Made by a program: the position numbers and the translations under genes
The notes under the pieces: generated by a model
Seen by the model: the letters and a program-made list of their open reading frames with translations, nothing else
Told to the model about the DNA's origin: nothing
The model's database searches: none
Part shown: piece after piece, positions 49,922 to 58,185 of the stretch
How the letters are laid out: each line of letters starts with the position of its first letter
How positions within the stretch are numbered: the stretch's first letter is position 1
From: a virus
Lineage: Duplodnaviria; Caudoviricetes
Length of the DNA: 60,147 nt
Virus record (IMG/VR): IMGVR_UViG_3300043433_000128
Coordinates: 1-60,147 of that record
Direction: 5' to 3' (one strand)

Positions 49922-50194
49922 TTATTGATTTAAAGTTTCTAATTTAGGGTAACGATTACAGATATCGAAGATTCTGATAATTTTTGATGCTAATTCTGTT
50001 GTTAATTTTAGGGCTTCAATTTGAAGATCTGCATATAAATATCCATCAAATAAACCGTAAAGTTTGTTTTGAATATTGAAAGATGCTTCATCTTCGATTT
50101 CTTCTGAGTACGATACTTCTTTAATTAAAGAAAGAATTTCGAATCGAGTTTCATCATTCATATTTTCGTGTCTGTCAAAATTTGTGTAAGTCAT
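49922..50194 (-). CDS. Hypothetical protein
   Basis: 90 aa ORF directly below class-I element B. Confidence 0.65.
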   Translation of the reverse strand: MTYTNFDRHENMNDETRFEILSLIKEVSYSEEIEDEASFNIQNKLYGLFDGYLYADLQIEALKLTTELASKIIRIFDICNRYPKLETLNQ

Positions 50195-50207
50195 AATTCG
50201 TTTGTTT

Positions 50208-50288
50208 TAATTTGATATGTAAATATAATCAAAAAACCCGACATAAAAAAATGTCGGGTGAATTATTTTCAAAAAGTTATTAACAATT
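50208..50288 (-). promoter_or_regulatory. Bipartite class-I element copy B
   Basis: AATTGTTAATAACT ... TTATATTTACATATCAAATTA. Confidence 0.7.
50231..50259 (-). terminator. Intrinsic terminator
   Basis: ACCCGACAT-T6-ATGTCGGGT followed by a T-run. Confidence 0.75.
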
Positions 50289-50632
50289 TACTTCCAAAAA
50301 ATTTGGATGCATACAAGTACTAAGGATATTATTAATGAAACGACCGTTTTTGTAGTTAGAGGTTCTCCCATTATGATGTAGGTTAATATTGAAAAGGCAA
50401 CCATTCCTGTCGCAAATCCTAAAAACCTACCGGGCCATATCTCTCCTCCATAATATTCAGCAACTAATCGAGTTGCAACAATAAACATATAAGATATTGT
50501 GCTTCCTCCTATCAGTGCAACTATGATTGGATTCTTTTTAAACCATGGCCATACGAATTGACCATTAGTTTGAAACCATATCATCGATTGTCCTAATAAA
50601 AATAATAGGATTCCATATATTAGACTCTTCAT
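50288..50632 (-). CDS. Small 4-TM membrane protein (SMR/DMT-like)
   Basis: 114 aa with four hydrophobic segments; GEPLT loop before the last helix. Confidence 0.6.
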   Translation of the reverse strand: MKSLIYGILLFLLGQSMIWFQTNGQFVWPWFKKNPIIVALIGGSTISYMFIVATRLVAEYYGGEIWPGRFLGFATGMVAFSILTYIIMGEPLTTKTVVSLIISLVLVCIQIFWK

Positions 50633-51264
50633 TAGAATAATGAGGTGGTCTCGGTTAAAAGGTGTGATATAAAACTAGGTCTATGAGATTCACTAGGACC
50701 CATTTCTTTAATTGCTTTAATATGTTGTGCTGTTCCATATCCTTTGTTTGAATTCCAGCCATATCCCGGAGTTTCAATGTCCAAATCTTTCATCATAGCA
50801 TCCCTTTCGGTTTTTGCTAAGATACTTGCAGCAGCAATTGAGATATATTTATTGTCTCCACCTACTATTGTATCAAATGGCATACCTTCAAATCCATGAA
50901 ATTGATCTCCATCGACTAATATAAAATCAAATTTGAATTTGGATTGGACATTTTCTAGACAACGCTGCATTCCGATTAAGGTGGCTTTAAGAATATTTGT
51001 TGATTCTATTTCATCTGGATAGATGTGTTCGATATGGTACGCTAGTGCATTCTCCTCAACAATTTTTCTAGCATCTTTTCTTTGCTGTTCATTAAGTAAT
51101 TTAGAATCTTTAATTAGTGGATTCTCAAATCCAAATGGCATAATACATGCTGCGACTGTAACAGGTCCTGCAAGAGCTCCGCGACCTGCTTCATCAAGCC
51201 CAATTTCTATAACTGATTCGTCACCAGAATATGATGACTTTAATAATATTTGTCTAGTTTCCAT
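50632..51264 (-). CDS. rnhB: Ribonuclease HII
   Basis: GLDEAGRGALAGPV, DSKLL, VDG, IAAASILAK, NKGYGT, HRPSF. Confidence 0.95.
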   Translation of the reverse strand: METRQILLKSSYSGDESVIEIGLDEAGRGALAGPVTVAACIMPFGFENPLIKDSKLLNEQQRKDARKIVEENALAYHIEHIYPDEIESTNILKATLIGMQRCLENVQSKFKFDFILVDGDQFHGFEGMPFDTIVGGDNKYISIAAASILAKTERDAMMKDLDIETPGYGWNSNKGYGTAQHIKAIKEMGPSESHRPSFISHLLTETTSLF

Positions 51265-51309
51265 CTATATATTTTTATACATATTATATAGATGGATTCT
51301 AGATTGTTT
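51253..51309 (-). promoter_or_regulatory. Class-II promoter within a 19-bp inverted repeat covering the rnhB start codon
   Basis: AAAC-N15-TATATAA at 51284-51309; arms 51253-51271 and 51285-51303 (17/19 match). Confidence 0.7.
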
Positions 51310-51311
51310 CT

Positions 51312-52022
51312 TTATTTTTCAGGATTATCAATTCTCCATTTGTCGTAACGATCTACAACTTCTTGAAGTATTTTAGCTCTAACAATATCTTTATTTCCGA
51401 AGATATGTTCTCCAACACCATTTACGCCTTTCATTAATTGCATAAATCCAGGTAATCCAGCATGTGCTTTAGGTATATCATATTGACTAACGTCTCCAGT
51501 TACTAGAACTTTAGAACTTTTACCCATTCTTGTTGTGAATAACATTAATTGCTTGAATGTTGCATTTTGAGCCTCATCTAAAATCATGAAGGCATCATCA
51601 AAAGTATCTCCTCGCATGAAAGCAAGTGGTTTGAATTCTATTAAACCATAATGAATAAGGCTTTCGATTAATTCATCACCTGCAATTTTCTTAAAGTTAG
51701 AAATATAAGATTGCATGTATGGATCAATTTTATCGGCAATATCTCCTGGTAAGAATCCTAGTTTTTCTCCAGATTCTTGGATTGGTTTACATAAAATAAT
51801 CTTCTTGACCTTTTTTTCAGCAAGTAACAATAAGGATGTGTAGCATGCAGTAAATGTTTTTGAGGTTCCGGCCGGGCCGGAACAAAATGTGATTTGATTC
51901 TTAAGAATCTGTTGGACGTATTCTCTTTGATTGTCTCGTAAATTAACATGTTTGATATTGTCTTCTTTAACTGACATTCGTTTAACACTAGGTGTTGGTT
52001 CTGAATTAGTCTTTTTCTGCAT
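51312..52022 (-). CDS. phoH: PhoH-like ATPase
   Basis: GPAGTSKT, EKLGFLPG, FMRGDTF, ILDEAQN, GDVSQYD, DIVR. Confidence 0.93.
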   Translation of the reverse strand: MQKKTNSEPTPSVKRMSVKEDNIKHVNLRDNQREYVQQILKNQITFCSGPAGTSKTFTACYTSLLLLAEKKVKKIILCKPIQESGEKLGFLPGDIADKIDPYMQSYISNFKKIAGDELIESLIHYGLIEFKPLAFMRGDTFDDAFMILDEAQNATFKQLMLFTTRMGKSSKVLVTGDVSQYDIPKAHAGLPGFMQLMKGVNGVGEHIFGNKDIVRAKILQEVVDRYDKWRIDNPEK

Positions 52023-52036
52023 AAATTGAGATATAT

Positions 52037-52294
52037 TTAGTCGCCCGCCATTATGACAAGGTCTTTCAATTTCTTAAGTGTTTCGCATTTTTCGTATTCT
52101 TCGAGCGCAACAAAATACTCGATTAGGACATCAATGAATTTACTTCTTTGTCCGATTCCATGTGGAATATCGATTGTACTTTTACCATCTTGGTATACAA
52201 CAAACCTATTAACGGTTTTTGTAAAGTTGCGGGTAATTATGTAGTAGCTGGATCTCATCAGAGAGTCTCTTTCCTCTCCTGTTATATTTTCCAT
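52037..52294 (-). CDS. UVR-motif small protein 1
   Basis: C-terminal YFVALEEYEKCETLKKL. Confidence 0.65.
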   Translation of the reverse strand: MENITGEERDSLMRSSYYIITRNFTKTVNRFVVYQDGKSTIDIPHGIGQRSKFIDVLIEYFVALEEYEKCETLKKLKDLVIMAGD

Positions 52295-52411
52295 CTTTTA
52301 ATATTGTTTTTATTAGAAGCCACTTAAAGTAGCAATCTAATGTATATATTTAGATGGCAATGTATTTGTCAATCTCCGGGTGAAAAATGGTACTATACCA
52401 TTATATTATAG

Positions 52412-52594
52412 TTATTCGTCCTGGAATGATTGTCTATATTTTGCCTTGCTTTTTTCTGATCTTTTAGTGACAGAAGGTTTTACATATTCCTCTCTTTCCC
52501 TAAGTTCTTTAAGCTGTTTGGTGGCAAAAGTTTTGTGCTTTAAAGTTTTAAGCGCCTTTTCTATATTTTGATTATCTACTTTAATTATAAGCAT
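52412..52594 (-). CDS. rpsU: Ribosomal protein bS21, Bacteroidota-type
   Basis: MLIIKV...NIEKALK...K...ELRER..YVKPSVTKR....KAKY (60 aa); true start 52594. Confidence 0.9.
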   Translation of the reverse strand: MLIIKVDNQNIEKALKTLKHKTFATKQLKELREREEYVKPSVTKRSEKSKAKYRQSFQDE

Positions 52595-52842
52595 GAAAGT
52601 TTGTCTATTATTTTTTTGAGTTCTTTGCACTTTTCATATTCTTCTCTTTCTTTAAAGAAATTCAGTACATTTTGAACACCTTCTATTTTATCTTCAACTG
52701 GAGCGTTATGATTTAATGCTCCCATCTTGTCTTTGATTATAGAACTATATATTAGTTCCATCATATCTTCTCTTGAAGATTCATGTAACTTTTTAATGAA
52801 TTTTGTTTCGTTGTTTTCGTACTCGTCTAAATCATCCATCAC
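52585..52842 (-). CDS. UVR-motif small protein 2
   Basis: C-terminal FFKEREEYEKCKELKKI. Confidence 0.65.
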   Translation of the reverse strand: MMDDLDEYENNETKFIKKLHESSREDMMELIYSSIIKDKMGALNHNAPVEDKIEGVQNVLNFFKEREEYEKCKELKKIIDKLSCL

Positions 52843-53660
52843 AAATTTTTAATCTTTTTAAGTATTTCAATTTGGTCTTCGGTTAAATGAATCGGTAAAG
52901 TTCTAAGCTTCACCATTAAATTACCAAATCCTTCTTGATTATATATTGGCATTCCTTTGTCAACAACCCTGAGTATTTTAAAATCATGAGAACCTTCTGG
53001 GACTTTAATCTTTACAGTGTGTACTTTTGTTTTAACTTCAAAATCACCTCCTAATAACATATCAATCCATGATAGACTGAGGTCGACATAAATATCATTA
53101 CCATTTACTATTAAATCAGCATCTGGTAGAACATTTATTGTTAAAATTACGTCTCCTGCTGGGGCTCCGGTATTGATTGGGTGTTTTGCTCCTCTTCCAG
53201 GGACCTTGAGTTTAGTTCCGTTTGGAATTCCTCTAGGGATATTAATATTGAAGCCGCCAGTTCCGACATCGACATATCTTCTTGTTCCTTCATAACTTTC
53301 TTCTATTGTTATATTTAGTGACACTCTGACATCAGAACCTCTAGCATTTCCGCCAAATGATTGATTAAACATATCGGTGAAATCTCCGCCAAATGTAGAA
53401 AACAGATCTTCCCATTGATCACTATTATATGCTCTTTGGTCTGGTCTTCTAAAAGCAGTATATCCAGAATTCTTGTTATCGTGTAGTTTTCTTTTTGTAG
53501 GATCTCCTAAAATCTCGTAAGCTTCTGAGATTTGTTTGAACTTAGTGTCATCCCCTCCAGTTTTATCTGGATGGTGTTCCTTTACAAGCTTTCTATATGA
53601 TTTTTTAATATCATCTTGTGAAGCATTTTTAGAAACGTTAAGAGTTTCATAATAATTCAT
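52839..53660 (-). CDS. dnaJ: DnaJ/CbpA-type co-chaperone (no zinc finger)
   Basis: NYYETL, HHPDK J-domain, G/F region, C-terminal IPRG...KGMP...GNLMV. Confidence 0.92.
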   Translation of the reverse strand: MNYYETLNVSKNASQDDIKKSYRKLVKEHHPDKTGGDDTKFKQISEAYEILGDPTKRKLHDNKNSGYTAFRRPDQRAYNSDQWEDLFSTFGGDFTDMFNQSFGGNARGSDVRVSLNITIEESYEGTRRYVDVGTGGFNINIPRGIPNGTKLKVPGRGAKHPINTGAPAGDVILTINVLPDADLIVNGNDIYVDLSLSWIDMLLGGDFEVKTKVHTVKIKVPEGSHDFKILRVVDKGMPIYNQEGFGNLMVKLRTLPIHLTEDQIEILKKIKNL

Positions 53661-53664
53661 TAGG

Positions 53665-53877
53665 CTATTTTGAAGAGTTTGGTGCTACTGTTTTTACCCT
53701 AATAGTTTGTTTTCTTTCAGGAATAGGTCGGGTACGAACTTGTTTTTTCGCGTTCTCTTTTTTCTCGGCAATTTGAGATTTTTTATGGATATTAATTTCT
53801 CTAACTTGCTTATTTTCTAAAAGTGTCGCGATGCGCTCTAAACTATCCGCAATTCTTTTTAATGTTTCGTCTTCCAT
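53665..53877 (-). CDS. Hypothetical basic protein
   Basis: 70 aa; LKRIADSLERIA coiled coil. Confidence 0.6.
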   Translation of the reverse strand: MEDETLKRIADSLERIATLLENKQVREINIHKKSQIAEKKENAKKQVRTRPIPERKQTIRVKTVAPNSSK

Positions 53878-53915
53878 ATTACTTTATTACTTTATTACTA
53901 TATTATATATTAAAG

Positions 53916-53938
53916 AAAAAAGGAGCTTAGGCTCCTTT
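53916..53938 (-). terminator. Intrinsic terminator
   Basis: AAAGGAGC-CTAA-GCTCCTTT plus T-run; the stop codon of the upstream gene lies in the loop. Confidence 0.75.
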
Positions 53939-54220
53939 GTTAATTTCGTCTAATATCTTTTTAATCTTAGAACATTTTTCATATTCCTCTAATTCTACAA
54001 ATATAGCTAACATATCATTCAGCGTATTTACCAGAGGTGCGATGCTAATTCCTCGATAAATCATCTCATGAATATCAATTCCATTTTTGATTATCATGTT
54101 ATAGTTTTCGTTTGCTAGCTTAAGTTTTAAATCATATAATATTTCTTGCATACGAGTATCTTTTAATATTGATTCAATGTCGAATGTTTCTTCAAATCCT
54201 TCGTAAAAATCGTCTTCCAT
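53927..54220 (-). CDS. UVR-motif small protein 3
   Basis: C-terminal IFVELEEYEKCSKIKKI. Confidence 0.65.
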   Translation of the reverse strand: MEDDFYEGFEETFDIESILKDTRMQEILYDLKLKLANENYNMIIKNGIDIHEMIYRGISIAPLVNTLNDMLAIFVELEEYEKCSKIKKILDEINKGA

Positions 54221-54232
54221 AGTTGTTATCTT

Positions 54233-54314
54233 TAATTTGATATGTAAATATAAACATAATATTTCAATCGGTAAAACTTTTTATGTTAATTTTTTGTTAA
54301 AGTTATTAACAATT
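54233..54314 (-). promoter_or_regulatory. Bipartite class-I element copy C
   Basis: AATTGTTAATAACT ... TTATATTTACATATCAAATTA, with two extra TTAACA repeats 11 bp apart. Confidence 0.7.
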
Positions 54315-55133
54315 AACCTTGATTGCTTTAGATTGAATCTCATCTATTTTAGATTGTATTGTATTATTTTCTAAAGATTCACTATAATGTATTGCTAATC
54401 CTGCATTTTTATTTGATTCGCTATTTCTTTGAGCATATAGTCGATATCTTTCTTCAACATATTCTTTGCCCATAAATTTATAATGTAATAGTTTTATAGG
54501 AAAATCATTAAATGTTTCTAAAACCTCAAATTGCATTTTCCATCTACCCCATGGATGTCCATTCCATTCGCCAACTGGTCTAATTTCAACCGGAACTGGA
54601 TGTACTATATCTCCATTTAATTTAGAATTTAGTTCAATCTCATGGCAACCTTCAATCCATTCTAAAGATTCTATTAGGTTTGGATTAATTAAAATGGGCT
54701 TCGAATACCATGGATCTGGAGTTCCATGCCCGATTTCATCGTATATTTGACCATGAGATTCTGGAAAACTTTGTGATACCATTTGAAACCCTGCTGGAAA
54801 TATTACGGGTGAATTTGATTGTTGCAAGAATTCGATAATATTTGGGTGTATTATAAATTCATCACAGTCACTTACAATAATATAATCCGCTTTTCCTTTG
54901 GCCTCTTCAATACATTTATGCTTTAAATCTAAATGGACATAATCGTCAAAGGTTTCTCCGGTACTATATGTTCGAACTTCAACATTATCCCATTCTCTAC
55001 ATAGTGTTACCGTGTTATCTGTTGATTCATTATCTAGGACAATTATTCTTTCACAAAAACTAGAATAGTGTCTTAGATAATAAGGAAGCATACGCTCCTC
55101 ATTCCAGACTGTTACATATGCCCATATCTTCAT
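54306..55133 (-). CDS. Glycosyltransferase family 2-like
   Basis: WNEERML, VLDNESTDNT, DCDEF (DxD), GCH, LLHYKF. Confidence 0.85.
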   Translation of the reverse strand: MKIWAYVTVWNEERMLPYYLRHYSSFCERIIVLDNESTDNTVTLCREWDNVEVRTYSTGETFDDYVHLDLKHKCIEEAKGKADYIIVSDCDEFIIHPNIIEFLQQSNSPVIFPAGFQMVSQSFPESHGQIYDEIGHGTPDPWYSKPILINPNLIESLEWIEGCHEIELNSKLNGDIVHPVPVEIRPVGEWNGHPWGRWKMQFEVLETFNDFPIKLLHYKFMGKEYVEERYRLYAQRNSESNKNAGLAIHYSESLENNTIQSKIDEIQSKAIKVNC

Positions 55134-55135
55134 GG

Positions 55136-55861
55136 TTACGAAAGTATTGGTAGACCTGATATTTTTAACATCACGTTCATTGTTGCAACAACATCACCTT
55201 CGCAATATTCTTTAATCTTTTCTAGATTTCCATTCCAATATTCTGGTGTTGTATTTTCAGCCTTCATGATTAATTTAGGGGAAGGAATGTTAAGACAATC
55301 ACAAATTAAATCAAGGGAAGTACTACTCCATCCTGCAAATTTCCATATCTCATAAGTATCTAATAAACAGTTTTCCCATGGTTTTTTCTTTTGTAAATGA
55401 AATTGAACAGGAACTTTAACGCCATTTATAATGGCTCTTTTTATTAGATATGGAAAATCAAAGTTTTTAATATTATGTCCAATAAATTGAATTCCTGGAT
55501 TTGCATTAAAAATCGATTGAGCGGTTCCCATAAATTCTTTAAGAATTTGAGCTTCGTCATCTCCATAAAAAGACTTAATTTTTGATGATGAAAACTCTCC
55601 GCTTTCATCAAATTTTATTTGACCAATAGAGATAACAATAATCTTTCCGAATTCTGGAGATAATGCTGACATTCTATCATAAAGTTCGCTATCACTAAGT
55701 AATCGTAATTGTGATTCTGTAGATCTGTGTTGTTCTGCTTTTTTAGACCAGTATTTTTCAATACTTGGTTTTGTTGCTTTAAATGAATCATAACTATTGA
55801 ATTCTGAAACGGTTTCAATATCGATAAACAACATCGATTTTAATTCTTTTTGACTATACAT
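55136..55861 (-). CDS. PolB-like 3'-5' exonuclease (DEDDy)
   Basis: FIDIET, PEFGKI, GHNIKNFDFPY, KPWE, YCEGDV. Confidence 0.85.
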   Translation of the reverse strand: MYSQKELKSMLFIDIETVSEFNSYDSFKATKPSIEKYWSKKAEQHRSTESQLRLLSDSELYDRMSALSPEFGKIIVISIGQIKFDESGEFSSSKIKSFYGDDEAQILKEFMGTAQSIFNANPGIQFIGHNIKNFDFPYLIKRAIINGVKVPVQFHLQKKKPWENCLLDTYEIWKFAGWSSTSLDLICDCLNIPSPKLIMKAENTTPEYWNGNLEKIKEYCEGDVVATMNVMLKISGLPILS

Positions 55862-56093
55862 CTTTTAAATCTTTAGAAATATTATAAATTGATACAGGAT
55901 ATCGGCACTTAGTTCCATTCCGATCTTTATCGTCTGTCATCCAAAACCAAGCATGTCCATAGTGTTTAGTTAAACTTTCATTTAATTCAATAATCGGACC
56001 AAACATAGGACTTCCCGCAAATCTAAAATGATAACATTCTCCTACCTTTGGTTTAACTACGTATATCTTCTGTTCTTTTTTATTCTTTGCCAT
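55854..56093 (-). CDS. Hypothetical protein (possibly SH3-like)
   Basis: 79 aa ORF with a class-II motif upstream. Confidence 0.6.
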   Translation of the reverse strand: MAKNKKEQKIYVVKPKVGECYHFRFAGSPMFGPIIELNESLTKHYGHAWFWMTDDKDRNGTKCRYPVSIYNISKDLKDV

Positions 56094-56100
56094 ATACTAA

Positions 56101-56126
56101 TTATATGGATATTTTTAAAAAAGTTT
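56101..56126 (-). promoter_or_regulatory. Class-II promoter AAAC-N15-CATATAA
   Basis: Exact spacing, 7 nt upstream of ATG 56093. Confidence 0.6.
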
Positions 56127-56346
56127 ATAGTTCAGATAAAAAATCTAGGTGGTCGTGAGATTGTCTAAGTTTTAAATAATCGGTGAATGATATAGACAAT
56201 TCAACCCACCCTCCTGTTATTGATTGAGGTACATCAGAAATACTGATAAAATAATGAGGTACTTCTTTTGTTCTATCCAATAAGAAGTCGACCATAAGAT
56301 CGACTTCTCTATTGTGAACCCATATTTTAACGAATATGTTATTCAT
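56125..56346 (-). CDS. Hypothetical protein
   Basis: 73 aa, overlaps the glycosyltransferase stop. Confidence 0.55.
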   Translation of the reverse strand: MNNIFVKIWVHNREVDLMVDFLLDRTKEVPHYFISISDVPQSITGGWVELSISFTDYLKLRQSHDHLDFLSEL

Positions 56347-58168
56347 TTTCAGTGTATGTTATATTTGCAGCCATTTCAGATTCTCCGTATCTAGGTTCTG
56401 TATTTAAAGGTGCTTCAGGATTTTCATCATAAGCCCAATCCTTTAAACCAAGTTCTTCAAATCTATCTTTGATTTGTTCATTATAATAATAAGAAATTGT
56501 TCTTACTCTTCTTTGAATATCAGCTCTAGCTAAATCGTGTGTGTTTTGTCCAGTTGCGTTATTGTATAAAAATTGAACATATCCTAATTTAGGAATTTTG
56601 CATGTTATTGTTTTTAAGAAAGTTCTTACGATCAATTCATAATCATCTGCTATTGTAAGATTTCTATTATGTCCACCAATTTCAAAATAGGTCGATCTTC
56701 TCCACGCTCTTACGTGGTTTGGAACACCAACAATATGTCTAATTGTTTTGGGATTGATATTATGTTGAGTTGCAACTTTCATCATCTGTCCATTATACTC
56801 CTCATCTCTATAAGATCCATACGCAAAAGCAAATCCTTCAGGATATGTTTGACATTCCCAATTTTCATTAACCTCTAACGTGTCATTAAAAAAGAATCCA
56901 GCCTCTGGATGTTTCTTTGCTGCTTTATATAAATCTTCAGTACACCATGGAACTAATAAATCGTCATGGTCTAATTCTGCAAGAATAAATCCTTTAGCAA
57001 GAGTACAACATCTCCACTTTACTTCTCCGATATTACCTCCACTTTTTTCTCTAAAGTCATATAATTTAACTCGAGGATCTTTACTCGCAATTTCTTCAGC
57101 GATTTTTAAGGTTTTACCACCATCTGCTGAATCGTTTACCAGTACCCATTCCCAATTTGAATAGGTCTGATCTAGTAATGATTTGTACGTGTTCCAGAGT
57201 TTATCTCCAGTGTTATATATTGGAGTAAAGTATGAAACCATTTCTGAATCTTCAAGTGAATCCGGGCTTAACATCGTGTTCATAGAACATTGATATGCTG
57301 ATTGACCTACCTCTTCGATAGAGACATTATTTGGAATATTAATCCATTTTCTACGAAATTGTAGAGGCATTGCAGCAAGGTATGGAAATTCTTGCCAACT
57401 TTCTCCACGAGAAATAATACAATCAGGTTTAAAAACAGAAAGATGTATATTTATATTTTCGTCAGATTTTAGATATTTTACTTCTAAATTATCGGCTTCA
57501 TAATATAAAACTTTATATGATTTTAATTCTGGTTCATCTTGACCTATATAAAGAATCTTCGGAACTTTAGCTGATGATTTCTTTTCAAGTGCATTATAAT
57601 AACATAATACATTTTCAATAAAATAGAATTGCTCTGGATTTTTGTTATGTAATTTTTCTATAAATTCTCCATCTGCAGTATATCCTGAACCATACAAATT
57701 ATCTTTATGTAAGCTTGAGTGTATAAGCCATTGTGCTAGATCAATTTCTCTTACTCTAACATTTTCAGGTTTTGCATATCTAATGTCAACTCCTGAAAAA
57801 TCGATACCTCCGACTTTTTGTGAAAAGATAACCGCTTTTTTATCTTCTAACTTTGCTTTTTTAATGGTACTGTAGAAATTTTCATGCAGAATATTATCAT
57901 CATCTAAGTGATAGATCCAACCTTCTAATTTTTGAATTATCGGGTTTAATTGGCTTAGTCCCCATCCATCCCCTTTTCTAAAGTGGAATTGTGTATTTTC
58001 ATCGCTTAGTCTATTTAATAATTCGGCATCAATATCTTTTAATACTTTTGTGTCGAATACAATGTGCCAAGTTACTTTACATCCTTTTGGTATGTTGTTA
58101 AAAACAGAATCCCTAACCTTTTCTAAATTATTTAGTCTAGTGCTTCTAGTAATTATTTGAAATTTCAT
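56339..58168 (-). CDS. Two-domain glycosyltransferase (GT-A + GT2)
   Basis: N-domain YHLDDDN...ADGEF; C-domain TPIYNT, QTYSNWEWVLVND, ELDHDD, ADDYEL. Confidence 0.88.
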   Translation of the reverse strand: MKFQIITRSTRLNNLEKVRDSVFNNIPKGCKVTWHIVFDTKVLKDIDAELLNRLSDENTQFHFRKGDGWGLSQLNPIIQKLEGWIYHLDDDNILHENFYSTIKKAKLEDKKAVIFSQKVGGIDFSGVDIRYAKPENVRVREIDLAQWLIHSSLHKDNLYGSGYTADGEFIEKLHNKNPEQFYFIENVLCYYNALEKKSSAKVPKILYIGQDEPELKSYKVLYYEADNLEVKYLKSDENINIHLSVFKPDCIISRGESWQEFPYLAAMPLQFRRKWINIPNNVSIEEVGQSAYQCSMNTMLSPDSLEDSEMVSYFTPIYNTGDKLWNTYKSLLDQTYSNWEWVLVNDSADGGKTLKIAEEIASKDPRVKLYDFREKSGGNIGEVKWRCCTLAKGFILAELDHDDLLVPWCTEDLYKAAKKHPEAGFFFNDTLEVNENWECQTYPEGFAFAYGSYRDEEYNGQMMKVATQHNINPKTIRHIVGVPNHVRAWRRSTYFEIGGHNRNLTIADDYELIVRTFLKTITCKIPKLGYVQFLYNNATGQNTHDLARADIQRRVRTISYYYNEQIKDRFEELGLKDWAYDENPEAPLNTEPRYGESEMAANITYTENE

Positions 58169-58185
58169 ATTATATTATTAAGTTA

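Noticed and set aside
53877-53900. TATTACTT x3 microrepeat in a leader
   Set aside because: Short AT-rich repeat seen at one site only; no functional evidence.
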